Shown piece by piece: positions 1-8,558 of a stretch of DNA of 64,000 bases. Origin of the DNA: a virus; the IMG/VR virus record IMGVR_UViG_3300035232_000745. One strand, written 5' to 3'. The translations under genes and the position numbers were made by a program. Position 1 is the first letter of the stretch. Every line of letters begins with the position of its first letter. Under the pieces are notes generated by a model. It was not told where the DNA came from. It was given only the letters and a program-made list of their open reading frames with translations, and ran no database searches.

Positions 1-1
1 T

Positions 2-352
2 TATAATGATTATATGGCGAAAAAAGTTTACGGTATCGAATGGAATAAACCACGAGAACTACCCGAATGGGCTAAAGAAATTTTCTCTGATAATATGCTA
101 GCTGTTGGCAATATTAGAGATGGCGAAGAACTAGACCAGTTTATGGCCATAACAAAAGATTTGGTTGATCATTACTTAACTAATCTTAAAGACAGTGCGT
201 TTGTATCAAATCGTGATACAAAACCATTACTTAACAAATACTGCACAAATCAAAAGATGAACCCTCATCTTCATAGATCTATTTTAGCTATGGGTATTTC
301 AGAGGAAGGAAAAAACCAATACGTCGACGACGTTCTATTTGAGGTAATTTAA
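2..352 (+). CDS. pcyX: Ferredoxin-dependent bilin reductase (PcyX/PcyA-like), C-terminal part; truncated by window start
   Basis: Frame is open from position 2. RELPEWAKEIFS and NKYCTNQKMNPH match C-terminal motifs of the PcyA/PcyX family. Confidence 0.7.
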   Translation, partial: YNDYMAKKVYGIEWNKPRELPEWAKEIFSDNMLAVGNIRDGEELDQFMAITKDLVDHYLTNLKDSAFVSNRDTKPLLNKYCTNQKMNPHLHRSILAMGISEEGKNQYVDDVLFEVI

Positions 353-712
353 ATGGAAAAAGGGTTTACAATTAATGCATGTTGTAGTAGAGTAAACATA
401 ATATCTGAATCACAAACATTGACATTCGGCGAACACTTGTTCCTCGTGACTGTAGTTCATTGTTCTAATTGTGGTTCAATTAAAGCAACTACTAATATTA
501 AGGAACACAAAATGGCAGGCGATACTATAATAGTAGAAAAAGCAGGAAAAACACTTAAGGCTGAATATTTTACAACAACAGATGGTTGTGGATGCAGATT
601 TTTTATTAACGAAGAATTTATTCAAGAAGAATTATATCAAGGTAAATCTATTACATGGGCAGAAAGTGCTGCGAGTAATTGGTTGTCTGGGGTGAAAACA
701 TTAAATGGATAA
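353..712 (+). CDS. Hypothetical protein (true start may be the internal MAGDT)
   Basis: ORF packed between neighbours; no recognised motif. Confidence 0.5.
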   Translation: MEKGFTINACCSRVNIISESQTLTFGEHLFLVTVVHCSNCGSIKATTNIKEHKMAGDTIIVEKAGKTLKAEYFTTTDGCGCRFFINEEFIQEELYQGKSITWAESAASNWLSGVKTLNG

Positions 713-959
713 TAAGGAAAAGGTTATAAATCCAAGAACTCCAGAAAAAGTACACCACGATATATCATATATGTTACAAACTGGCGTTAACTATGTTGAT
801 GCTCTTGTTGAATATGCTCGTAAAAATGATTTAGAAATAGAGGCGGTTGCTGATATTGTTAAAAAGTCTTCGATCTTAAAAGAGAAAGTAAGAAACGAAG
901 CTGTTAAAATGAAAATGGTTATAAGAGAAGATGATAAAGACATCACAGAGCTTTGCTAA
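705..959 (+). CDS. 33: Late transcription co-activator gp33
   Basis: NYVDALVEY...IEAVA...LKEKV pattern; T4 synteny 33-59-32. Confidence 0.8.
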   Translation: MDNKEKVINPRTPEKVHHDISYMLQTGVNYVDALVEYARKNDLEIEAVADIVKKSSILKEKVRNEAVKMKMVIREDDKDITELC

Positions 960-1533
960 TGAAGAGTCGTTTAATTGTTACGTAAAGTATCTTGCTATGA
1001 AAAAGCATTTTACTACTGATCAATACGACTATCATAAGTACAGAGGAAAGATTAGAGCTTCATTCGATACGTATCGTACTCGTAATGATGTTTTCTTCTT
1101 CCATAAGCTTGCTCAAAAAGATGATCCAGAGAAATTACTAATGGCTAACATGATAGTTAAGCCTAATATATGGATAAGAGAAATTCTTGAGCAAGCAGGT
1201 GAAGATCGATATATTGACTGGTTGAAGAAGCGAGACTCGCTTACTCGCGTAGTTAAAGAAGATCTAACCAAATTAAGAGACGTATATCAGGATAATTTTG
1301 TTTCAGTTAATGGACAACATCCTGAGATATTACGTCTCTTTATACAAAGACAAATAACACTTGAAACTTTTACGATACTTACGCATTCCGCAAAGATATT
1401 TGATTATTGGGATGCAAATTTGGTTGACAAAATCGTGGCACGTGATATTATAAGACTATCTAAGAAGTATTATCCTTTCTTAGATATAGATCAAAAAAAG
1501 TTTAAAAAGGTTATCAAAGACTACTTCTTTTGA
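931..1533 (+). CDS. 59: Helicase loader gp59
   Basis: YLAMKKHF...YDYHKYRGK...RNDVFFFHKLA; synteny. Confidence 0.88.
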   Translation: MIKTSQSFANEESFNCYVKYLAMKKHFTTDQYDYHKYRGKIRASFDTYRTRNDVFFFHKLAQKDDPEKLLMANMIVKPNIWIREILEQAGEDRYIDWLKKRDSLTRVVKEDLTKLRDVYQDNFVSVNGQHPEILRLFIQRQITLETFTILTHSAKIFDYWDANLVDKIVARDIIRLSKKYYPFLDIDQKKFKKVIKDYFF

Positions 1534-1541
1534 TATAAATA
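1534..1541 (+). promoter_or_regulatory. T4-type late promoter TATAAATA upstream of gene 32
   Basis: Exact T4 late consensus in an intergenic position. Confidence 0.7.
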
Positions 1542-1617
1542 GATGGTGGACACATTCCACATATACATCGCAATATAAAACAAACGCTATACAACGCAAA
1601 ATTAGGAGAAATAAACC

Positions 1618-2544
1618 ATGACTATGGATTTCAACGCACTGAAAAAGAATCGTTCAACATCACTTAACAAGTTGAACTCACAGCTCGAAAAGATTACACA
1701 GAAGAGCTACTCAGACCCCAACGAAGGTAAAATTTGGAAGCCTACCCGCGATAAAGCTGGTAATGGCTTTGCTATTATTCGTTTCCTACCAGCAGCACAA
1801 GGTGAAGAGATGCCTTTTGTTCGTGTATGGGATCACGGTTTCCAAGGCCCAACAGGCTTATGGTATATCGAAAACTCACTTACAACTATTAACGTAGACG
1901 ATCCCGTTTCAGAGTATAACTCTAAACTATGGAATTCAGGTATTGAATCTGATAAAGAAATTGCTCGTAAGCAAAAGCGTCGTCTTAAGTATTTCGCAAA
2001 CGTTTTAGTTGTCAAAGACTCAGCAAATCCTGAAAACGACGGCAAAGTATTCATGTACCAGTTTGGTGCAAAGATCTTTGAAAAGTTGAACGATTTGATG
2101 AACCCACAGTTCGACGATGAAACAGCAATCAATCCGTTTGATTTCTGGGAAGGTGCTAACTTCCGTCTCAAGATTCAAAAAGTAGCTGGTTATCCCAACT
2201 ATGATAAATCAGACTTTGATAGCGTATCAGCAATTGCTGATGATGATTCAGAGATCGAACGTATTTGGAATCAACAGCACAAGTTGCAAGACATGGTTGA
2301 TCCAAAGAACTTTAAATCATATTCAGAATTGAAAGCAAAACTTTACAGAGTTCTTGCTCTTGATGAAGAAGCTTCGACACCTTCTACAGCTGAAGAAGAT
2401 GATGATTTAGATCTAAGCAGCTTCGGTAATAAGTCGGCCCCAGAACCTACTTTAAAAGAAGCTATGCCAGCTCAAGCGGCAAGTGTACCTATGGACGATG
2501 ATGACGACGACCTCTCAATTTTTAAGGAACTAGCGAATGGTTAG
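1618..2544 (+). CDS. 32: Single-stranded DNA-binding protein gp32
   Basis: DKAGNGFAIIRFLPA, WYIENSLTT, FDFWEGANFRLK and an acidic C-terminal tail. Confidence 0.97.
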   Translation: MTMDFNALKKNRSTSLNKLNSQLEKITQKSYSDPNEGKIWKPTRDKAGNGFAIIRFLPAAQGEEMPFVRVWDHGFQGPTGLWYIENSLTTINVDDPVSEYNSKLWNSGIESDKEIARKQKRRLKYFANVLVVKDSANPENDGKVFMYQFGAKIFEKLNDLMNPQFDDETAINPFDFWEGANFRLKIQKVAGYPNYDKSDFDSVSAIADDDSEIERIWNQQHKLQDMVDPKNFKSYSELKAKLYRVLALDEEASTPSTAEEDDDLDLSSFGNKSAPEPTLKEAMPAQAASVPMDDDDDDLSIFKELANG

Positions 2545-2863
2545 TAAAACCTACGAAGAGGTTTTAGATTTTGACTTCGGCTTCAGCTTCATTGATGAAG
2601 AGCTTCAGGAAAAAGAAGCTGCGGCCGAGGAAAAAATTCAAGAAGTCAGTAACGAAAAACAATCACTTGAGGACCAACTCAATGATGCTAAAGTAGCTGC
2701 TGACGACTTTGAATATCGTCTAGAACTTCTATATAAATCAATTACTCCGTTCTTAGATAATCTTTGTAAGAACGAAGAAAAATCAACAATTTATTGGCCT
2801 GATCGAGTAAGTAAGATCGAGGCCTATAAGACTAAATTATATAGTATTGTAGAGGGAAAATAA
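2537..2863 (+). CDS. Conserved T4-like hypothetical coiled-coil protein
   Basis: DFDFGFSF...PFLDNL...IYWPDR; coupled to neighbours. Confidence 0.6.
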   Translation: MVSKTYEEVLDFDFGFSFIDEELQEKEAAAEEKIQEVSNEKQSLEDQLNDAKVAADDFEYRLELLYKSITPFLDNLCKNEEKSTIYWPDRVSKIEAYKTKLYSIVEGK

Positions 2864-2864
2864 T

Positions 2865-3938
2865 ATGAGTCTATTAGACAAACTAGTGAAAAACAGCACG
2901 ATTAAAATGACGGCTCCTCTTATGGACTCTAAAGTTTACGGCAAAAAAGACATGGCACCTACACAGGTTCCAATGGTAAATGTCGCGTTATCAGGTAGAA
3001 TTGATGGCGGTGTTGTTCCAGGCTTGCTAGTATTAGCAGGTCCTTCTAAGCACTTTAAATCAGCATTCGCATTGTTGATGGCTGGTGCTTATATGAAAGC
3101 AAATCCAGATGCTGTACTATTATTTTATGATGCAGAATTTGGTACACCTCAAGCTTACTTCGAATCTTTCGATATTGATATGGATCGTGTAGTACATACT
3201 CCAATTACAAATGTTGAAGAACTTAAGTTTGATATCTCTCATCAGCTTGATCAAGTTGAAAAGGGTGAACAAGTTATCGTTGTTATTGACTCTGTTGGTA
3301 ACTTAGCTTCTAAGAAAGAAGTAGATGACGCACTTGATGGTAAGTCAGTTGCAGATATGTCTCGAGCAAAAGCTCTTAAGTCTTTGTTTCGAATTGTTAC
3401 GCCGCATCTTAATCTTAAAGATATTCCGCTCATTGCTGTTAACCACACATACAAAGAGATCGGTCTATATCCTAAAGATATTATTTCTGGCGGTACAGGC
3501 ATTTATTATTCAGCAGATGCTATTTGGATTATCGGTCGCCAACAAGATAAAGTTGGTACAGAAATTCAAGGCTATCACTTCGTTATTAATATCGAAAAAT
3601 CAAGACACGTTAAGGAAAAATCTAAGATTCCAATCTCAGTGTCATGGGATGGTGGTATTATGAAATGGTCGGGTCTAATGGATGTGGCTGAAAAAGGTGG
3701 CTATCTTAACAAGCCTAAAGTTGGATGGTATGAAGCTATTAATCCTGAAACTGGTGAAGTCATATCTGAAAAGCTTATGCGTGCCAAAGAAGTTAACGAT
3801 AATAAAGAGTTTTGGCTAAAAATGTTTGAAGAAACTAATTTTGCTTCTTACATCAAGAGTCACTTTACAATCGGAGCTGGTGGTTCGATCATGAGAAACG
3901 ATGACGACGAAGTTATTGAAGAGACCTCAGTCGAATAA
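2865..3938 (+). CDS. uvsX: UvsX RecA-like recombinase
   Basis: AGPSKHFKS Walker A variant, YDAEFG, DSVGNLASKKE, DMSRAK. Confidence 0.97.
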   Translation: MSLLDKLVKNSTIKMTAPLMDSKVYGKKDMAPTQVPMVNVALSGRIDGGVVPGLLVLAGPSKHFKSAFALLMAGAYMKANPDAVLLFYDAEFGTPQAYFESFDIDMDRVVHTPITNVEELKFDISHQLDQVEKGEQVIVVIDSVGNLASKKEVDDALDGKSVADMSRAKALKSLFRIVTPHLNLKDIPLIAVNHTYKEIGLYPKDIISGGTGIYYSADAIWIIGRQQDKVGTEIQGYHFVINIEKSRHVKEKSKIPISVSWDGGIMKWSGLMDVAEKGGYLNKPKVGWYEAINPETGEVISEKLMRAKEVNDNKEFWLKMFEETNFASYIKSHFTIGAGGSIMRNDDDEVIEETSVE

Positions 3939-3940
3939 GG

Positions 3941-3969
3941 TTGACATTTTCAACTTAATGTTTTACTAT
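3941..3969 (+). promoter_or_regulatory. Sigma70-type promoter TTGACA-N17-TACTAT upstream of gene 41
   Basis: Canonical -35, 17-bp spacer and TAnnnT -10. Confidence 0.6.
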
Positions 3970-3973
3970 AAAT

Positions 3974-4004
3974 TTGTGGCGGGTAATTATGTTGCTCGCC
4001 ACAA
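3974..4004 (+). terminator. 13-bp stem-loop between uvsX and gene 41 (terminator or leader structure)
   Basis: ttgtggcgggtaa / ttgctcgccacaa inverted repeat; no strong U-tract. Confidence 0.5.
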
Positions 4005-4031
4005 TTCAACTTAGAATTCTGGGAATATATA

Positions 4032-5462
4032 ATGATCGAAGCAACAGTACTATCTAATCTGATATTTAATGAAGACTACTTTAGAAAAGTATATCCTTAT
4101 ATTAAAACAGATTACTTTGAAGACCACAATCTTCAAAAGATATTCAACACTTACTCCGAGTATGTAGATGAATATCGTGATCCTCCATCAATAGAGGTTC
4201 TAAAATTACAACTTGATAAAAAGAAAGATATGAACGAGGATACGTATAAAAACGTAATGTCCTCTGTAGATACACTAAAAGTTGATGAGAAAACAGACTT
4301 TGATTGGCTAGTTAAAGAAACTGAGAAGTTTTGCCAAGATAGAGATCTATACAATGCAATCCGTAAAGCAATCTTAGTTGTTGATGGATCAGAAACTGAA
4401 TTAAGTAAAGACGGTTTACCAGCGCTACTTCAGGACTCATTAGGTATAAGCTTTGATACAAGTGTAGGCCATGATTTTCTTGAAGACTATGAAGCACGTT
4501 ATGACTTCTATCACAAGAAAGAAGAGCGTATTCCTTTTGATATAGATATTATGAATAAGATTACGAAGGGTGGTTTGCCTCGTAAATCAATGACAGTTCT
4601 TTTGGCTACAACTGGTGGCGGTAAATCTTTAGTTAAATGCCATGCCGCAGCAGCAGCTTTACTTCATGGTAAAAACGTATTATATATTACTATGGAAATG
4701 GCTGAAGAACGTATTTCAGAACGCATAGATGCTAATATGCTTAATGTTACTATTGATGAAGTAGCTGAAATGCCACGCGATGTATACTACAAACGTATGG
4801 AACGCATCAAAGGCAAATCAACTGGCAAGTTAGTTGTTAAAGAATTCCCAACAGGTTCTGCACACGTAGGTCACTTTCGTCATCTCTTAACAGAGCTACG
4901 AATGAAACGTAACTTCAAACCAGATATTATTATGATTGATTATCTAAACATATGTGCATCAGCTCGTGTCAAAGGTGCTGCTGCAGCTAATTCATATACA
5001 TTAGTTAAGTCAATTGCAGAGGAGGTACGTGGTCTTGCGATGGAATACAATTGTGCTGTTATTACTTCGTCTCAATTTAATCGTGACGGGTACGGGAATA
5101 CTGACGTTGATCTTACTAATACTTCTGAAAGTATGGGAATAACACATACTGCTGATTGCATATTAGGTCTAATTACAACAGAAGAATTAGATAATCTAGG
5201 CCAGCTTATGATTAAACAATTAAAGAATAGATGGGGTGATTTAAGTTACTATCGTAGATTTGTTGTAGGTATTGATAGAGCTAAGATGCAACTATACGAT
5301 CTTGAAGATGGAGCACAAAATTTAAGTCAAGCTCCAGCAGTTGCTAATACAATGCCAAGACCTTCCGTTTCTTTTAGTGATGATAATGGTCCAGTATTTG
5401 ATAAAGGTCCACTTGGCAGAGTTGATAAGAAATCATTGTTCGGTGCAGGAGGGATTTCATGA
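4032..5462 (+). CDS. 41: Replicative DnaB-like helicase gp41
   Basis: ATTGGGKS, YITMEMAEE, IMIDYLNIC, SQFNRDG, KQLKNRWGD. Confidence 0.97.
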   Translation: MIEATVLSNLIFNEDYFRKVYPYIKTDYFEDHNLQKIFNTYSEYVDEYRDPPSIEVLKLQLDKKKDMNEDTYKNVMSSVDTLKVDEKTDFDWLVKETEKFCQDRDLYNAIRKAILVVDGSETELSKDGLPALLQDSLGISFDTSVGHDFLEDYEARYDFYHKKEERIPFDIDIMNKITKGGLPRKSMTVLLATTGGGKSLVKCHAAAAALLHGKNVLYITMEMAEERISERIDANMLNVTIDEVAEMPRDVYYKRMERIKGKSTGKLVVKEFPTGSAHVGHFRHLLTELRMKRNFKPDIIMIDYLNICASARVKGAAAANSYTLVKSIAEEVRGLAMEYNCAVITSSQFNRDGYGNTDVDLTNTSESMGITHTADCILGLITTEELDNLGQLMIKQLKNRWGDLSYYRRFVVGIDRAKMQLYDLEDGAQNLSQAPAVANTMPRPSVSFSDDNGPVFDKGPLGRVDKKSLFGAGGIS

Positions 5463-5653
5463 GTTACGTAGTGTTTACTTCATTGAAGAATAAAAAGAAA
5501 TACGATATCGTAGAAACAAAATGGAATACAAGAATTGAATTAAGAATTGCTAAGAACGAAGCAAACAAGTTAGCTCGTAGACTTAATCTTGGTAATGGGT
5601 TTGGTTCTGGTCCTGTACCAGCTTTCTTCTGCATAAAAACATCAAACGCGTGA
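5459..5653 (+). CDS. Hypothetical protein
   Basis: ATGA overlap with the gene 41 stop. Confidence 0.55.
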   Translation: MSYVVFTSLKNKKKYDIVETKWNTRIELRIAKNEANKLARRLNLGNGFGSGPVPAFFCIKTSNA

Positions 5654-5840
5654 TGAAAAAGATAGTTCTTGTAAGAAATCGCATGTTGCTTTCTGCTTTG
5701 TTGAAAGCGTTAATTCGTTATATGAACTATCAAGAAAAAACTAAAAAATATATTAACCCTAAATCTCAATGGTCCGGGGTTAATAATACAGAAGAAACTC
5801 TTATGCTTCAAGTTAAGAGAGTTTTAGAAAGACGATTGGG

Positions 5841-6212
5841 TTAAGACGTGTAACCACTTTCTTTAGTGAGTTTCATAATGACGTGGAATGGTCCGTCGCC
5901 AATGATGCGTATGTCTCTATCTGCATATACGTTGTCTACGAAACCTGTATATTCATGAGAACCAGAGTTAACAAAATAATAATGTCCGTGAGCAGTTGCG
6001 CCATCCCACCTAGATACATCTACGTGTTTGTTGACTTTACAACCCCAAAATATTTCTTTAATTGTAACAGAAGCTGTACCCGAATCAAAAGTTTCGCCAG
6101 CAGCGGCAAGGTCTGATAGTGCAACATCAACAGTATCGCCAGATGAGTCTGTTACGTATACTTTGATTACTGCTTCGTTCTGTGATCTTTTTAAATAATG
6201 AATACTAGACAT
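5841..6212 (-). CDS. Hypothetical late protein (start MSSIHYL)
   Basis: GAGG RBS and a - strand TATAAATA at 6233-6240 precede ATG 6212. Confidence 0.7.
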   Translation of the reverse strand: MSSIHYLKRSQNEAVIKVYVTDSSGDTVDVALSDLAAAGETFDSGTASVTIKEIFWGCKVNKHVDVSRWDGATAHGHYYFVNSGSHEYTGFVDNVYADRDIRIIGDGPFHVIMKLTKESGYTS

Positions 6213-6232
6213 TGCAACCTCTTTTTTTATTT

Positions 6233-6240
6233 TATTTATA
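6233..6240 (-). promoter_or_regulatory. T4-type late promoter
   Basis: TATTTATA on + equals TATAAATA on -. Confidence 0.65.
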
Positions 6241-6367
6241 AAATGACAAACTGTCACATTTTCACTTGGTGCATAACCGCAATGCCAAATAGGGCATGCT
6301 AATTTACCAATTTCCTTAATAAATAAAATTGTAAAACAGTTTAACACTTATTAGGAAAGGTACCAGA

Positions 6368-6643
6368 ATGGCACACACACTAAATAACGAATCATCTGCA
6401 GCATCAGTATTTGCATACAAAGTTGTAGTCTTCTTCGAAAAATTCGGCGCAGCAATGGCTAAGCGTAGAGAAGCACGAGCAACATTCAAAACCCTCCAAG
6501 GATTAACAGATCGCGAACTTAGCGACATTGGTATCAGTCGTGGAGACATTCGCTCGATCGCAAACGACACATGGGAAGATAATCGTAAACGCGATACTTT
6601 ACCATATGCATCAACTAACTCTAACTTAAAAGGTTTTGTATAA
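6368..6643 (+). CDS. DUF1127 (YjiS-like) small Arg-rich protein
   Basis: KRREARATFKTLQGLTDRELSDIGISRGDI is the DUF1127 signature. Confidence 0.9.
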   Translation: MAHTLNNESSAASVFAYKVVVFFEKFGAAMAKRREARATFKTLQGLTDRELSDIGISRGDIRSIANDTWEDNRKRDTLPYASTNSNLKGFV

Positions 6644-6831
6644 TGGAAATCGCAGGTGAACAACCAGTAAGAATGCCAAAATTTTTTAGATTATTAGCAA
6701 AAGGCTTAGTTGCTCTTGGAATGTTCTTATGGGCATTTGGTGAGTCAGCAGGTAGAGCAAGAGCTGCAAGTGAATTATATCGTCAAGGATATGTAGAAGA
6801 AGCAAGAAGATTAATGTTGGAGAGTAAATAA
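6643..6831 (+). CDS. Small hypothetical protein with one hydrophobic segment
   Basis: TAATG coupling on both sides; [17 protein letters not shown]. Confidence 0.65.
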   Translation: MEIAGEQPVRMPKFFRLLAKGLVALGMFLWAFGESAGRARAASELYRQGYVEEARRLMLESK

Positions 6832-7052
6832 TGACTGGTGATATAGCAACAATGGGCGCATTAATTGGCGCAGGGTTAGCAACATTTGGTATGGGTGGCG
6901 CAGCCATCGCAGTAGGAATGATTGTTGGTAGTGTACTTAAAGTAATGCCTAAGAAGCCGGATACTGGTACAATGTTTGTAGGAGTCGCATTTGCAGAAGC
7001 ATTAGGAATCTTTGCATTCTTAGTAGCATTATTATTAATGTTTGCGATCTAA
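6831..7052 (+). CDS. atpE: F0 ATP synthase subunit c homolog with altered polar loop
   Basis: IGAGLA...[10 protein letters not shown] helix 1 and [25 protein letters not shown] helix 2, with the proton-binding Glu. Confidence 0.93.
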   Translation: MTGDIATMGALIGAGLATFGMGGAAIAVGMIVGSVLKVMPKKPDTGTMFVGVAFAEALGIFAFLVALLLMFAI

Positions 7053-7273
7053 TGGTTGGTGAACAACACCTCGAGATCTCAGCGCAAGTAGTACAGAAAT
7101 TAGGTTTCTATATGTTTGTGGTAATGACATCTCTAATATTAATATGCATAGCATTTGGGTTTTATGCAGTGATTACTAAGTTTAAAGAACCCACATGGAA
7201 AGAAGCGTGTATCGCACAAGGCGGTGTACCAGTACAGTTAGAAAAATCATACTTCGACTGTAAGAAGCTGTAA
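7052..7273 (+). CDS. Single-pass membrane protein with C-terminal Cys pair
   Basis: Hydrophobic stretch; ACIAQGGVP...FDCK. Confidence 0.6.
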   Translation: MVGEQHLEISAQVVQKLGFYMFVVMTSLILICIAFGFYAVITKFKEPTWKEACIAQGGVPVQLEKSYFDCKKL

Positions 7274-7288
7274 CAAAGAGGAAACGTA

Positions 7289-7423
7289 ATGTTTAAACGA
7301 TTTATGAAATTAATGGAATATAGAAGTTACTGCATGAGTATTAAGCAGTTGAGAGAAATGGGTATGTATGATAAAGCTGATGAAATCTCAGAATTCAAAC
7401 ACAACATGTATAAAACAAGTTAG
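7289..7423 (+). CDS. 44-aa hypothetical protein (not in ORF track)
   Basis: GAGG RBS; MFKRFMKLMEYRSYCMSIKQLREMG...; fills the gap in the operon. Confidence 0.55.
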   Translation: MFKRFMKLMEYRSYCMSIKQLREMGMYDKADEISEFKHNMYKTS

Positions 7424-7431
7424 GATATAAT

Positions 7432-7860
7432 ATGAAAACACTTTATTTTTATTTAGCAGTCTTCGCCGCAGTATTTACAGTGAGCGCAGCAAACGCAGAC
7501 GTAACAATCGAAATGTTAAACAAGCGCGACGATGGCGCTAAGATGGTTTACTCACAAGATATTACACGTATCGAAGTGGGTGAGATTATCACATGGATAC
7601 CAACATCAAAAGGTCATAACGTAGAATTTATTGCAGGACCAGACGGATGGAAGTTGCCTAAGAAATCAAAATTAAATAAAGTAGTTGAGATGCAGTTCAA
7701 TACACCTGGTGTATATTTGTATCAATGTTCACCACATAAAACAATGGGCATGATTGCTATTGTCGTTGTAGGTGATGGCGGAGATGGTTTATCTGTTCCA
7801 GGTAAAAAGATTAAAGGCAAGTCAAAGAAAAGACTTAAAGAAATAATGGCTGACCTATGA
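7432..7860 (+). CDS. paz: Pseudoazurin (type-1 blue copper protein), secreted
   Basis: Signal peptide, MLNK..., GHNVEF, and YQCSPH...GM supplying the His/Cys/His/Met Cu ligands. Confidence 0.9.
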   Translation: MKTLYFYLAVFAAVFTVSAANADVTIEMLNKRDDGAKMVYSQDITRIEVGEIITWIPTSKGHNVEFIAGPDGWKLPKKSKLNKVVEMQFNTPGVYLYQCSPHKTMGMIAIVVVGDGGDGLSVPGKKIKGKSKKRLKEIMADL

Positions 7861-7935
7861 TCGATCCAGACCACACTTACGTAAAGCCTAAAGGTGAGAA
7901 GAAAAAAGGCGGAAAGTAATAACTTTATAAATCCG

Positions 7936-7943
7936 TATAAATA
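7936..7943 (+). promoter_or_regulatory. T4-type late promoter for glycosylation cluster 1
   Basis: TATAAATA. Confidence 0.65.
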
Positions 7944-7975
7944 AAGGGTAGGCATTAAGTTGTCTACCTTTTTTT
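7943..7975 (+). terminator. Intrinsic terminator of the DUF1127-atpE-paz operon
   Basis: aaagggtaggca / tgtctacctttt stem followed by a T-run. Confidence 0.75.
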
Positions 7976-7994
7976 GATTCAACGGAGAAATATT

Positions 7995-8558
7995 ATGGGA
8001 AGAATACGTGATAGAGGTAATGATGGCGGTAATGTTTATAGGTGGCAAACATTAGCAAGATTCGTAAATACTAACGGTTGGAGAAGAGGCGCAGAACTAG
8101 GAGTTCACGATGGCGTTAACTACAAATATTTAATTAATAATTGTCCGAATTTACATTTAATCGGTGTAGATTTATACGAGCCACAACCAGAAAATAATGG
8201 TCCAGAAAAGTGGACTCCAGGCGAACATGGTCATGCTTGGAATCATAACGCATATTATGACGATATGAGAGAATTTTCAATAAAACACCCAGATAGAACT
8301 GATATAATTAAAGACTATACCACAGAAGCTGCTAAGACGGTTTATGATGGTTCATTAGATTTTGTATTCATCGATGCTGATCATGGATATGAAGGTTGTT
8401 TGCGTGATATTAAAGCGTGGGATAGTAAAGTACGAGAAGGTGGTATTGTATTTGGACATGATATTCATTTCCCTACTGTACAAAAAGCAGTTACAGAATT
8501 TTACGGTGAAAACTCTTGGAACGTTGAAGATGATTTTATTTGGTGGGTGCAAAAGTGA
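7995..8558 (+). CDS. Class I SAM-dependent methyltransferase (Methyltransf_24-like)
   Basis: GAELGVHDG, DFVFIDADHGYE, GGIVFGHD. Confidence 0.85.
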   Translation: MGRIRDRGNDGGNVYRWQTLARFVNTNGWRRGAELGVHDGVNYKYLINNCPNLHLIGVDLYEPQPENNGPEKWTPGEHGHAWNHNAYYDDMREFSIKHPDRTDIIKDYTTEAAKTVYDGSLDFVFIDADHGYEGCLRDIKAWDSKVREGGIVFGHDIHFPTVQKAVTEFYGENSWNVEDDFIWWVQK

